From Caldimicrobium thiodismutans (GTDB taxonomy: Bacteria; Desulfobacterota; Thermodesulfobacteria; Thermodesulfobacteriales; Thermodesulfobacteriaceae): a stretch of DNA of 32,000 nt. The notes below the pieces were generated by a model. That model did no database searches. It saw only the letters and a list, made by a program, of their open reading frames with translations, and was not told where the DNA came from. The stretch covers positions 750,001 to 782,000 of the forward strand of contig NZ_AP014945.1 of assembly GCF_001548275.1 (NCBI RefSeq), written 5' to 3'. Position numbers and translations under genes: made by a program. Below, piece by piece: positions 24,789 to 32,000 of this stretch. Numbering within the stretch: position 1 is the stretch's first letter; the number at the start of each line of letters is the position of its first letter.

Positions 24789-24995
24789 TTAGAAGGTCTC
24801 CCAGTTACTGCAATTGGGACATATCCAGGCTACAGCACTGGCACAGAGAAACCTCTTTGGATTTTCCTCAAGGCATCTCTGACAGATGGTAAATCCACAT
24901 TTACGACAGGTGTAGCAGAGGGGCATTTCCTCTCCGCAAAAATCACAAACCCCTCTGCCAACCTTTTTCCTACTTCCCTTAAGCTCCACACCCAC
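24789..24995 (-). CDS. small Cys-rich zinc-ribbon-like protein (uncharacterised)
   Basis: 68 aa with CDFC, CYTCRKC, CQRC and CPNC motifs. The GTG start overlaps the upstream 56-codon glycyl-radical ORF by 17 nt in a different frame. Confidence 0.55.
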   Translation of the reverse strand: MGVELKGSRKKVGRGVCDFCGEEMPLCYTCRKCGFTICQRCLEENPKRFLCASAVAWICPNCSNWETF

Positions 24996-25149
24996 AAGTG
25001 CGAACTACAGCCTTCTCAAGGTTCACAGTCTTTCTCTCAGCAAATTCTACCTGTTTCCCCTGATTCCAGTTAGCAACAGGCCTGAAATACCCAACAACCC
25101 TGGAGTAGACCTCACAAGGAACTGCCTTAACTTTGACTTTTTCCTTCAA
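24979..25149 (-). CDS. stand-alone glycyl-radical C-terminal module of class III ribonucleotide reductase (split NrdD, small chain)
   Basis: Not in the ORF track because it is under 60 aa. Hand translation from TTG (complement of 25147-25149), with AAGGAGG 9 nt upstream, gives MKEKVKVKAVPCEVYSRVVGYFRPVANWNQGKQVEFAERKTVNLEKAVVRTCGCGA*. EVYSRVVGY(F/L)RPV..WN.GK..EF..R is the canonical NrdD C-terminus and contains the radical glycine. Confidence 0.7.
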   Translation of the reverse strand: MKEKVKVKAVPCEVYSRVVGYFRPVANWNQGKQVEFAERKTVNLEKAVVRTCGCGA

Positions 25150-25179
25150 CTCCTCTCACCTCCTTTTTTGTAGTTTAGT

Positions 25180-28100
25180 CTATTCTGAAATTTTTACAGC
25201 CCCTTCTGATAATTTATTAATTAAACTTGCAGGAATTACAATTTCAGTGCCAAACCGATTCAATTCTTCTTCTGTATGTGGGAAAGGACAAATTTCATGC
25301 TTTCCCGGTATATAACCATGCACCGGGCAGACAGAAAAGGTGGGAGTAATTGAAAAATAGGGAAGTCTAAAGCGATTTACGATGGCTTTTACAAGCTCTT
25401 TCACCACCACTCTATCAGTAATCTCCTCTCCCACAAAGAGGTGCACCACTGTGCCCCCTGTAAACATAATCTGCAATTCATCTTGATGGGTGAGTATCTC
25501 AAAAATGTCATCGCTGTAATAAACAGGAAGATGAACAGAATTGGTATAGTAGGGGACTTCAGGTGTTCCCTGAGTCTTTATTCTTGGAAATTTTTTCTTA
25601 TCTATGCGGGCAAGCCGATAACTTGTCCCCTCTGCAGGAGTTGCCTCAAGATTATAGAGATTGCCTGTGGTTTCTTGATAGTCAGAGATTTTTTCCCGCA
25701 TGAATTTTAAGACCTTTAATGCAAATTCCTTTCCAGCCTTGGTATAAATGGGTTCTCCAAGAAAGTTCAGGGTGCACTCATTCATTCCCACAATTCCAAT
25801 GGTTGAAAAATGATTGGCCCAGTATTGTCCCCTTGCCTCTTTCACACCTTGGAGATAAACCTTAGAATAGGGATATAGCCCCTTCTCAGTAAAATCCTCT
25901 ATCACTTTTCTCTTGATTTCAAGGGAAATCTTTGCAAGTTCCATGAGCCTTTCAAGCCTTTCAAAGAATTCCTCCTCACAGGTTGAGAGATAACCTATCC
26001 TTGGAAGATTAATAGTAACAACCCCGATGCTATTTCCGCACCATGTTGATTTCCCATTTCTTCTAACCATGATTATATGATTAGGAACTTCTACACAATA
26101 TACTTTCCCTTTATAATATTCCTTTCTGATATTATGTTTTCTAAATCTATAATCTTTAGACTTTTGTATACTTATTTCCCAGACCCCATTCGAATGAACT
26201 TGTTTTCCTTTTATCTTTAATGTTTTTTTAATCTTCTTAATGGTTGAAATATATCCTATTTTAAGCACTATTTCTTGAAAATCTTCAGCTAATTTATCAG
26301 ATGCTGTCCAGTATATTATTTGTCCAGTTGATTTTCTTATATATCCATCTCCTTTTACCATCCAATCAAAAAGTATTTTTAGTTGTCTCTTACTTAAGTT
26401 TTTTATTTCTTTTGGAATAAATTTTGTATATGTATTTCTAAATTTGCGTAAATAACTCCATAGTTGTTTATTACAAATTACAAAATTTGGTCCTTCTTCA
26501 TAATAGTTAAAAGGTAAAGAATTTAATAATTCTTTAATTTCTTTTCTTATCTTCTCATTTTTTTGAGTTATTGTAACTCTATATCCGTGGGAAGGAGCAA
26601 TATTTTCATTATCTGTTGACCCTTCTGATAACCAAATTCCCAAAAGTTTTAACCAATCATCCATTTTTATTTTTAGAGGTGGAGCTTCATATACTCTTTC
26701 TCTATTACCATAATTCTCCTTAGTGCATATATTATAAATAGTTACTGGATTGCAATTAAATTCACTTGCTATTTGATAAATCGTTTTTCCTTCTTTTTTC
26801 AAATTTCTAATTTCTTCAATTTCAGAGTCAGAAAATTTTGTTTCTGGTCCTGAACCAGACATTATTTGAACAGGAGGTAAGATAAAATATTCCCTTTCTT
26901 CTCCCTCCCATATACTTTGTTTGGGAATCCTATCCCTGTTTGGATCAAAATCCTTAGCTTCTACAAATTTATAAATCCATTTTTTTCCATTCCATCTTTT
27001 AACAAACATTCTATGATTAGGTGTAACTAATAAATCAAAAGATTTATGATTAATTCTTATTAATTCCCCATCCCAATCGTATTCAAAAATTCTAATTGGT
27101 TTATGTATTTCTATTTTTCCATCCATCGTTCGGGTAAAGAGCTCATCATCAAAAGTTAATTCACTAAATTTTTTCCATCCAGAAACAGTTAAAACCTCAG
27201 TTTCTTCGTCATAGCAACCAGTTAAGGGATTGGCACCAAAAAGACCTCCTCCCCTCTTTCTGAGCTCCCTTTGATCAAGACGAAGTCTACAACAATTAAA
27301 AGAAACTTGTCCTAAGGAATGAATAAAAAGATGATTCCTTTCAAGTTCAAGATCATAAAACTCTTTTGGTTCGTCAAATTCAAGTATTTTTACTTCTTTT
27401 ACTCTTACAGGATAGACATCTCCCTCTTTAAACTTTAAACTCTCCTCAGTATGGGCCATATATTTATCAAGAGTATTTAAACCCACCATTCGTGTTTTTT
27501 TCAGACCTGGAACTTTATAAGTTGACTGAGCAGTCCAGCCGGGAACTCTCTCCGAAAGTAAAGGATTATTTAAATAGTAGTTAGTTTGCTTTATCAAGGA
27601 TTTACTATGTTGAAGGTAAATTCTTTGACTGTTTTTTCTTTCTTTATAAGTTACAGGCTGTCCAATTAGAGAAAAGAGAAGAACAAGATCTCTGGCTAAT
27701 TCTTTATCATTTAGATGTATTTCCTTTCTTTTTAAATACCCATCTCCTCTCATAAAGAAATCAAGAAAGCTTTGAATTACAGATTTGGGACTATTAAAAA
27801 TTACTTGAGGAAGCCTTCCGTATTTTTTAAAACCTGCCTCATAAAAGACTCGTGAAATATGAGTATTATAAACATAAATATAATAAGTGTTGTATCTTAG
27901 ATCTTTCTTTTCTGTTAGCCTTAATCCAAATTTTTTCTGTAAAAGTGTTTTAATAATTCTTATAGTTTCTTCATCATCAGCCTTAAAAGTAAACTGTAGG
28001 CCTCTTGGTTTCCCGTAAGTTCTTAAATTCTTTCTTGTTTCAAAAAGATAATTTCCATCTGCGATAAAGAAACCTAAAATTTTAGCAAGGTCTTCGTCCA

Positions 28101-29658
28101 GAATATAATCCCCTATTTTCTGGTAATCCTCTTTTAAAATCCCCTCACCGGTTTTTTTAAGAACTAAAAGTATATCTCCACCTAATACATCTTTAGCAAA
28201 TTTCATTTTAATTCCTTGAGGTGTATAAATGGGAAGGGGATGTTTGAGAGAATAAATAGCTTTTTTGCCATCTTCAGTAATAATCTCAACTGCTCTTGAG
28301 TCAGTAATTTTTAAAAATCTTTTAACTCCCACCCACTCAAGCTTAAAATTAGACGGATTAAGAGAAAGAACTCTCAAATTCCCATCTGCCTTACATTCAG
28401 CCCAACCTTCCTTATCAAAATCACTTGCTTTATAATATTCTGCAACATCTTTTATAGTTACTCTTTTAATAGTTTCTGAATTTTTGATGAGGATCTCTTC
28501 ATCTCCAGCAAGACACATACTTCTTGCATCATCAGGATCCATGTCAGAATTTACAAAATTGGCAAAATAGGGAATTCCATATTTTCTGGTCATCTCCCAG
28601 AGGGGCTCATAATCAGGATTATCCCAGTCAAAGTCTTTGGTAATATTATAGGTGGGAATAGGAAAGGTAAAGATTCTTCCCTTGGCATCTCCAGCCATCA
28701 TCAGCTCACAAAAGGCCCTGTTAATCATGGACATCTCTTTGTGAAACTCTCCATAAACCTCTTCCCTTGGTTTTCCTCCAATAATTATATTAACATCCCT
28801 GTATAACTTAGAAGGTTTGAGATCAAAGGTGAGATTAGTAAAGGGAGTTTGAAAGCCTACACGGGTTGGCACATTTACATTGAAGAGAAACTCCTGCATA
28901 CATTGTTTGACCTCTTCATAAGAGAGTTTGTCATATCTTACAAAGGGCGCAAGAAGGGTATCAAAATTAGAAAAAGCCTGAGCCCCGGCACTTTCACCTT
29001 GCAGGGTATAAAAGAAATTTACAATTTGACCAAGGGCTGAGCGAAAATGCTTGGGTGGAGAGCTCTCAACCTTGCCATAAACCCCTCCAAAACCGCGCAT
29101 TAAAAGATCATAAAGGTCCCATCCTACACAATAAGGAGATAGAGAACCAAGGTCATGAATATGAAAATCCCCTTCCTTGTGGGCCTGAGCAACCTCCTGG
29201 GGATAAAGCTTTTCAAGCCAGTAACGGGCAACTACTGAAGAACTTACATGAAAATTCAAACCCTGAAGGCTGTAATTCATATTGGAGTTCTCTTTTACCC
29301 TCCAGTCATCCTGACCAAGATATTCCTCAATTAGATTAATCCCATCAACAAGAGCCTTCCCAATCTCTCTTGCCTCACGCCTCTTCTCACGATATAGAAT
29401 ATAAGCCTTGGCAACCTCTGGAAACCCTTTCTCCATAAGGGTCTTTTCAATGATATCCTGAATGGTCTCCACATGGGGAATATCACCTTTCTTGAAATAA
29501 CTTCTATAGAGTTGAACTGAGACCGCATCGGCAATCCTTTCCGCATCCTCCTTAGCCCCAATCCCAACTGCCTTCATGGCCTTAAAGACGGCATTTACTA
29601 TTCTGAACCTTGAAAAGGGAACCAGCTTCCCACTTCTTTTTCTAACTAAGGATTCCAT
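25180..29658 (-). CDS. nrdD: anaerobic (class III) ribonucleoside-triphosphate reductase NrdD, large chain, with two inteins and no glycyl-radical loop
   Basis: N-terminal ATP-cone (VRKRSGKLVPFSRFRIVNAV...). NrdD motifs: FHIHDLG, NFFYTLQGESAGAQAFSNFDT, RSM/CCRLRLD, GGGLFGANPLTG/SIGVVTINLPRIGY, TPTFSVCPVHGYIPGKHEICPFPH. 1492 aa, of which 802 aa are intein. Confidence 0.92.
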   Translation of the reverse strand: MESLVRKRSGKLVPFSRFRIVNAVFKAMKAVGIGAKEDAERIADAVSVQLYRSYFKKGDIPHVETIQDIIEKTLMEKGFPEVAKAYILYREKRREAREIGKALVDGINLIEEYLGQDDWRVKENSNMNYSLQGLNFHVSSSVVARYWLEKLYPQEVAQAHKEGDFHIHDLGSLSPYCVGWDLYDLLMRGFGGVYGKVESSPPKHFRSALGQIVNFFYTLQGESAGAQAFSNFDTLLAPFVRYDKLSYEEVKQCMQEFLFNVNVPTRVGFQTPFTNLTFDLKPSKLYRDVNIIIGGKPREEVYGEFHKEMSMINRAFCELMMAGDAKGRIFTFPIPTYNITKDFDWDNPDYEPLWEMTRKYGIPYFANFVNSDMDPDDARSMCLAGDEEILIKNSETIKRVTIKDVAEYYKASDFDKEGWAECKADGNLRVLSLNPSNFKLEWVGVKRFLKITDSRAVEIITEDGKKAIYSLKHPLPIYTPQGIKMKFAKDVLGGDILLVLKKTGEGILKEDYQKIGDYILDEDLAKILGFFIADGNYLFETRKNLRTYGKPRGLQFTFKADDEETIRIIKTLLQKKFGLRLTEKKDLRYNTYYIYVYNTHISRVFYEAGFKKYGRLPQVIFNSPKSVIQSFLDFFMRGDGYLKRKEIHLNDKELARDLVLLFSLIGQPVTYKERKNSQRIYLQHSKSLIKQTNYYLNNPLLSERVPGWTAQSTYKVPGLKKTRMVGLNTLDKYMAHTEESLKFKEGDVYPVRVKEVKILEFDEPKEFYDLELERNHLFIHSLGQVSFNCCRLRLDQRELRKRGGGLFGANPLTGCYDEETEVLTVSGWKKFSELTFDDELFTRTMDGKIEIHKPIRIFEYDWDGELIRINHKSFDLLVTPNHRMFVKRWNGKKWIYKFVEAKDFDPNRDRIPKQSIWEGEEREYFILPPVQIMSGSGPETKFSDSEIEEIRNLKKEGKTIYQIASEFNCNPVTIYNICTKENYGNRERVYEAPPLKIKMDDWLKLLGIWLSEGSTDNENIAPSHGYRVTITQKNEKIRKEIKELLNSLPFNYYEEGPNFVICNKQLWSYLRKFRNTYTKFIPKEIKNLSKRQLKILFDWMVKGDGYIRKSTGQIIYWTASDKLAEDFQEIVLKIGYISTIKKIKKTLKIKGKQVHSNGVWEISIQKSKDYRFRKHNIRKEYYKGKVYCVEVPNHIIMVRRNGKSTWCGNSIGVVTINLPRIGYLSTCEEEFFERLERLMELAKISLEIKRKVIEDFTEKGLYPYSKVYLQGVKEARGQYWANHFSTIGIVGMNECTLNFLGEPIYTKAGKEFALKVLKFMREKISDYQETTGNLYNLEATPAEGTSYRLARIDKKKFPRIKTQGTPEVPYYTNSVHLPVYYSDDIFEILTHQDELQIMFTGGTVVHLFVGEEITDRVVVKELVKAIVNRFRLPYFSITPTFSVCPVHGYIPGKHEICPFPHTEEELNRFGTEIVIPASLINKLSEGAVKISE
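26032..27216 (-). mobile_element. NrdD intein 2 (395 aa, aa 815-1209) with a LAGLIDADG homing-endonuclease domain
   Basis: It interrupts the conserved GANPLTG|SIGVVTINLP. It starts CYDEETEVLTVSG. Block B is LLVTPNH. LAGLIDADG motifs are LLGIWLSEGSTD and LFDWMVKGDGY. There is an HTH-like insert (GKTIYQIASEFNCNPVTIYNI). It ends VYCVEVPNHIIMVRRNGKSTWCGN, followed by the +1 Ser. Confidence 0.9.
27295..28515 (-). mobile_element. NrdD intein 1 (407 aa, aa 382-788) with a LAGLIDADG homing-endonuclease domain
   Basis: It interrupts the conserved RSM|CCRLRLD. It starts CLAGDEEILIK. Block B is SLKHPL. LAGLIDADG motifs are LAKILGFFIADGNY and FLDFFMRGDGY. Block F/G is FYDLELERNHLFIHSLGQVSFN, followed by the +1 Cys. 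Visibly more AT-rich than the exteins. Confidence 0.9.
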
Positions 29659-29671
29659 TTTATCCTCCCAA

Positions 29672-29687
29672 ACACAATATCTTGTGG
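29672..29687. promoter_or_regulatory. NrdR box upstream of nrdD
   Basis: ACACAATATCTTGTGG matches 14/16 positions of the NrdR-box palindrome as I recall it (acaCwAtATaTwGtgt). It lies 14 nt upstream of the nrdD start, directly 5' of the GGGAGG Shine-Dalgarno. Confidence 0.6.
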
Positions 29688-29713
29688 TTTTATCTATTTT
29701 ATACTACTATATT

Positions 29714-29738
29714 TTGACAAGAAAAAAATTTTTGTCAA
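29714..29738. promoter_or_regulatory. inverted repeat TTGACAA-N11-TTGTCAA in the nrdD / leuA divergent intergenic region
   Basis: Perfect 7-bp arms at 29714-29720 and 29732-29738 flank an A7/T5 spacer. Each arm contains a -35-like hexamer. Its function (operator versus promoter elements) is unresolved. Confidence 0.35.
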
Positions 29739-29928
29739 GGGGTCCTACAAAATACAGGTTCATTTTCCTGCAAAGTAAGTTGTAGTAAAAATCCTCTTAA
29801 GTCTCAAAAATATGAATGCATGAATGCCTCTTTTAAGCTCCAAAGAAAATGTTATACTTTACTCAAAAAGGTCTTGAATTTATTTAAAATAGTTTTAAAA
29901 TAAAATTAATTGTAATAGGAGGGAGACC

Positions 29929-31560
29929 TTGAATTCAAAAATAGTTTTCTTTGATACCACTTTAAGGGATGGAGAGCAGTCCCCTGGGGTTTCATTAAAT
30001 ATTAAGCAAAAGATTGAAATTGGAAAGGCCATAGCTGAGCTTGGGATTGATGTAATTGAGGCTGGCTTTCCAATTACCTCACCTGGTGATTTTGAATCTG
30101 TGCAAACTATTGCCCGAGAAGTAAAAGGAGCAACTATTGCTGCCCTTGCCAGAGCTAATCAAAAAGACATTGAGGTTGCCTGGGAGGCTATAAAACCTGC
30201 TGAAAGACCAAGGATTCATACTTTTATTGCAACCTCTGATATACATCTTAAATATAAGCTCAAAAAATCAAGGGAGGAAGTTTTAGAGCTTGCTAAACAG
30301 GCTGTCTCTTTTGCCAGAAGTCTTTGTCCAGATGTAGAGTTTTCTGCTGAAGATGCCACTCGCAGTAATAGAGACTTTTTAGCTCAGGTTGTCCTTGAGG
30401 TTGTAAAAGCTGGGGCTACAACTATAAACATCCCTGATACAGTAGGTTACACTATACCTCAAGAATACTATGATTTAATAAAGTTTCTCATTGAAAATCT
30501 CAAGGCAAATGGTTATGAATCCGCCCTGAAAAAAGGTGATCTAAGAATTTCTGTGCACTGTCACAATGACCTTGGCTTAGCAGTTGCTAACTCTCTCTCA
30601 GCTATCCTTGCTGGAGCAACACAAGTTGAAGGCACTATCAATGGAATCGGAGAAAGAGCAGGTAATGCAGCCTTGGAAGAGATTATTATGACCCTCAAAA
30701 CCAGAGCTGACTTTTTTAAAGAGAAATTGGGCTATGAACCCCTTGTCAACATAAATACAAAAAAAATAATACCTGTAAGCCAGCTTGTCTCCCAACATAC
30801 TGGTATGCTTGTGCAACCCAACAAAGCAATTGTGGGGGCAAATGCCTTTGCTCATGAATCGGGTATTCATCAACACGGAGTTCTTTGCGAGAGATCCACT
30901 TACGAGATTATTGATCCCAAGGAGATAGGCTGGACAGGCTCTGCAATTGTCCTTGGGAAACATTCAGGAAGGCACGCCATATCTTTTAAACTTGAAAGCC
31001 TTGGCTGGAAGCTTTCCAAAGAAATGCTGGATAAGGTCTTTGAAAAATACAGATCTGAAGTGAAAGATATCTTAAGAAAGGTTGATGATGCCTATCTTGA
31101 AGGGATTGTCCTTGATCTTTTACTTGAAAGAGAGTATAGATATAAATTGACCTCCTCTCAAGTTATAAGTGTTTTAAGTGGCTCCCTTAAACCTATTGCT
31201 CAGGTTGAAATTGAGGATAAAAAACTTGGACAAAGAGTATCCGTTGGTCTTGGTATTGGTCCAATTGATGCAGCTTACAAGGCTGTAGCTTCTGCCCTTG
31301 GCTATACCTTTACAGGCGAAGAGGGAAAAAAGAGTTTAAAACTTCTTGACTTTCATATAGATGCCCTATCTGGTGGCACCTCTGCAGAAGGGGTCTGTGG
31401 TGTAATTCTTGAAGATGAAAGAGGAATTAAATCTGCAGGGCTGGGTAAAGATGGAGATATTGTTATTGCCAGTCTAAAGGCCCTGATTAAAGCCTTAAAC
31501 AGGCTTGAAGCCTATCAAGAAAAAGGAGAGACTCTTAAAAAAGAGATTCTTATGGTTTAG
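29929..31560 (+). CDS. leuA: 2-isopropylmalate synthase (LeuA; the CimA-type citramalate synthase is not excluded)
   Basis: TTG start with AGGAGGG 5 nt upstream. Motifs: FDTTLRDGEQSPG, HCHNDLGLAVANSL, INGIGERAGNAALEE, HESGIHQHG. It has a C-terminal LeuA-dimer/regulatory domain. Confidence 0.9.
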   Translation: MNSKIVFFDTTLRDGEQSPGVSLNIKQKIEIGKAIAELGIDVIEAGFPITSPGDFESVQTIAREVKGATIAALARANQKDIEVAWEAIKPAERPRIHTFIATSDIHLKYKLKKSREEVLELAKQAVSFARSLCPDVEFSAEDATRSNRDFLAQVVLEVVKAGATTINIPDTVGYTIPQEYYDLIKFLIENLKANGYESALKKGDLRISVHCHNDLGLAVANSLSAILAGATQVEGTINGIGERAGNAALEEIIMTLKTRADFFKEKLGYEPLVNINTKKIIPVSQLVSQHTGMLVQPNKAIVGANAFAHESGIHQHGVLCERSTYEIIDPKEIGWTGSAIVLGKHSGRHAISFKLESLGWKLSKEMLDKVFEKYRSEVKDILRKVDDAYLEGIVLDLLLEREYRYKLTSSQVISVLSGSLKPIAQVEIEDKKLGQRVSVGLGIGPIDAAYKAVASALGYTFTGEEGKKSLKLLDFHIDALSGGTSAEGVCGVILEDERGIKSAGLGKDGDIVIASLKALIKALNRLEAYQEKGETLKKEILMV

Positions 31561-32000
31561 CAGGGGCAGTAGTCTGAAGCTTTTTAATTAAATAAAGCCT
31601 CTCCTCAGAGAGATTGCCCCACTCTGAATTTGGAGCTATTTGAGTTACAGATTCCCAGATTTCTTTGGCCAAATCTAATTTTCCCTGTCTAAAAAAGACT
31701 TCTCCCAAATAATATCTTGCCTCCATGGAAGAGCGATCATTTTTCAGGACTCTCTTGAGATAAAATTCTGCTGAAGCATAATCTCCCTCATTAAGATGAA
31801 TAAGGGCAAGATAAATTAAAGCCTTGGTTGCCCGAGCATTTTCTTTCAGAGCCCTTTGGAGGTAATCAAGAGCCCTTTCTTTATCACCGAGCTGATAATA
31901 GGCCCAACCAAGATTGGTCAGAGCAAGATGAATATTAACATAAAGGGGATTGGAAATAGCCTTCTCAAAATATGAAATAGCCTCCTGATATTTCCCTTGG
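31550..32000 (-). CDS. TPR-repeat protein, C-terminal part (gene runs off the right edge)
   Basis: Hand translation of the minus strand gives ...QGKYQEAISYFEKAISNPLYVNIHLALTNLGWAYYQLGDKERALDYLQRALKENARATKALIYLALIHLNEGDYASAEFYLKRVLKNDRSSMEARYYLGEVFFRQGKLDLAKEIWESVTQIAPNSEWGNLSEERLYLIKKLQTTAPAKP*. It has repeated TPR consensus and ends 11 nt inside the 3' end of convergent leuA. Confidence 0.65.
   Translation of the reverse strand, partial: QGKYQEAISYFEKAISNPLYVNIHLALTNLGWAYYQLGDKERALDYLQRALKENARATKALIYLALIHLNEGDYASAEFYLKRVLKNDRSSMEARYYLGEVFFRQGKLDLAKEIWESVTQIAPNSEWGNLSEERLYLIKKLQTTAPAKP

Noticed and set aside
24979-24995. Programmed frameshift fusing the glycyl-radical ORF to the 68-aa Cys-rich ORF
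   Set aside because: No slippery heptamer is evident in the overlap. The NrdD homology already ends naturally before the overlap. Overlapping start and stop regions are the simpler reading.
24780-25073. 97-aa plus-strand ORF
   Set aside because: It is antisense to both the Cys-rich ORF and the NrdD glycyl-radical ORF. The minus-strand readings have clear protein signatures.
25133-29567. Several 60-100-aa ORFs inside or antisense to nrdD (25133-25315, 25441-25710, 28849-29040, 29055-29339, 29331-29567)
   Set aside because: All are nested in the 1492-aa NrdD frame, which carries unambiguous RNR and intein motifs.
29702-29717. Second NrdR box upstream of nrdD
   Set aside because: It matches the consensus at only about 10/16 positions. 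It is mentioned in a finding but is too weak to annotate as a feature.
1-32000. CRISPR arrays, rRNA or tRNA genes, and recognisable defence genes (restriction-modification, toxin-antitoxin, Cas, nucleases)
   Set aside because: No regularly spaced direct repeats, no rRNA or tRNA signatures and no such protein motifs were found on either strand.

Overview
AT-rich bacterial chromosomal window with K/E/I-rich proteins; a thermophilic anaerobe is my inference only. Most of it is recognisable core genes. On the minus strand these are cbiMNQO (cobalt/nickel ECF importer), a class II photolyase and an intein-bearing nrdD. On the plus strand they are yceD-rpmF-plsX-fabH, a PAS-LuxR regulator, a USP-like ORF, a P2-type cation ATPase, an FKBP-like methyltransferase fusion with a CrtI-like flavoenzyme, a LytS/LytTR two-component pair and leuA. 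A TPR gene runs off the right edge. Two regions stand out. (1) 2.2-9.9 kb is a visibly more AT-rich five-gene cluster in which every product has an N-terminal export signal: three Cys-motif coiled-coil proteins, a TPR-PDZ-thioredoxin-PDZ protein and a TPR-PDZ-TPR lipoprotein. I recognise no characterised system in it. A ~140-nt direct repeat brackets it; the left copy is a truncated 3' remnant of a paralog of its last gene. An IS110-family element with a structured, bridge-RNA-like 5' leader follows. (2) The class III ribonucleotide reductase gene nrdD carries two LAGLIDADG inteins and stops before its glycyl-radical motif. That motif lies on a separate 56-codon ORF with its own Shine-Dalgarno, which overlaps a 68-aa Cys-rich ORF. 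No nrdG activase gene is adjacent. All calls rest on reading the sequence and motif recognition; no database search was run.
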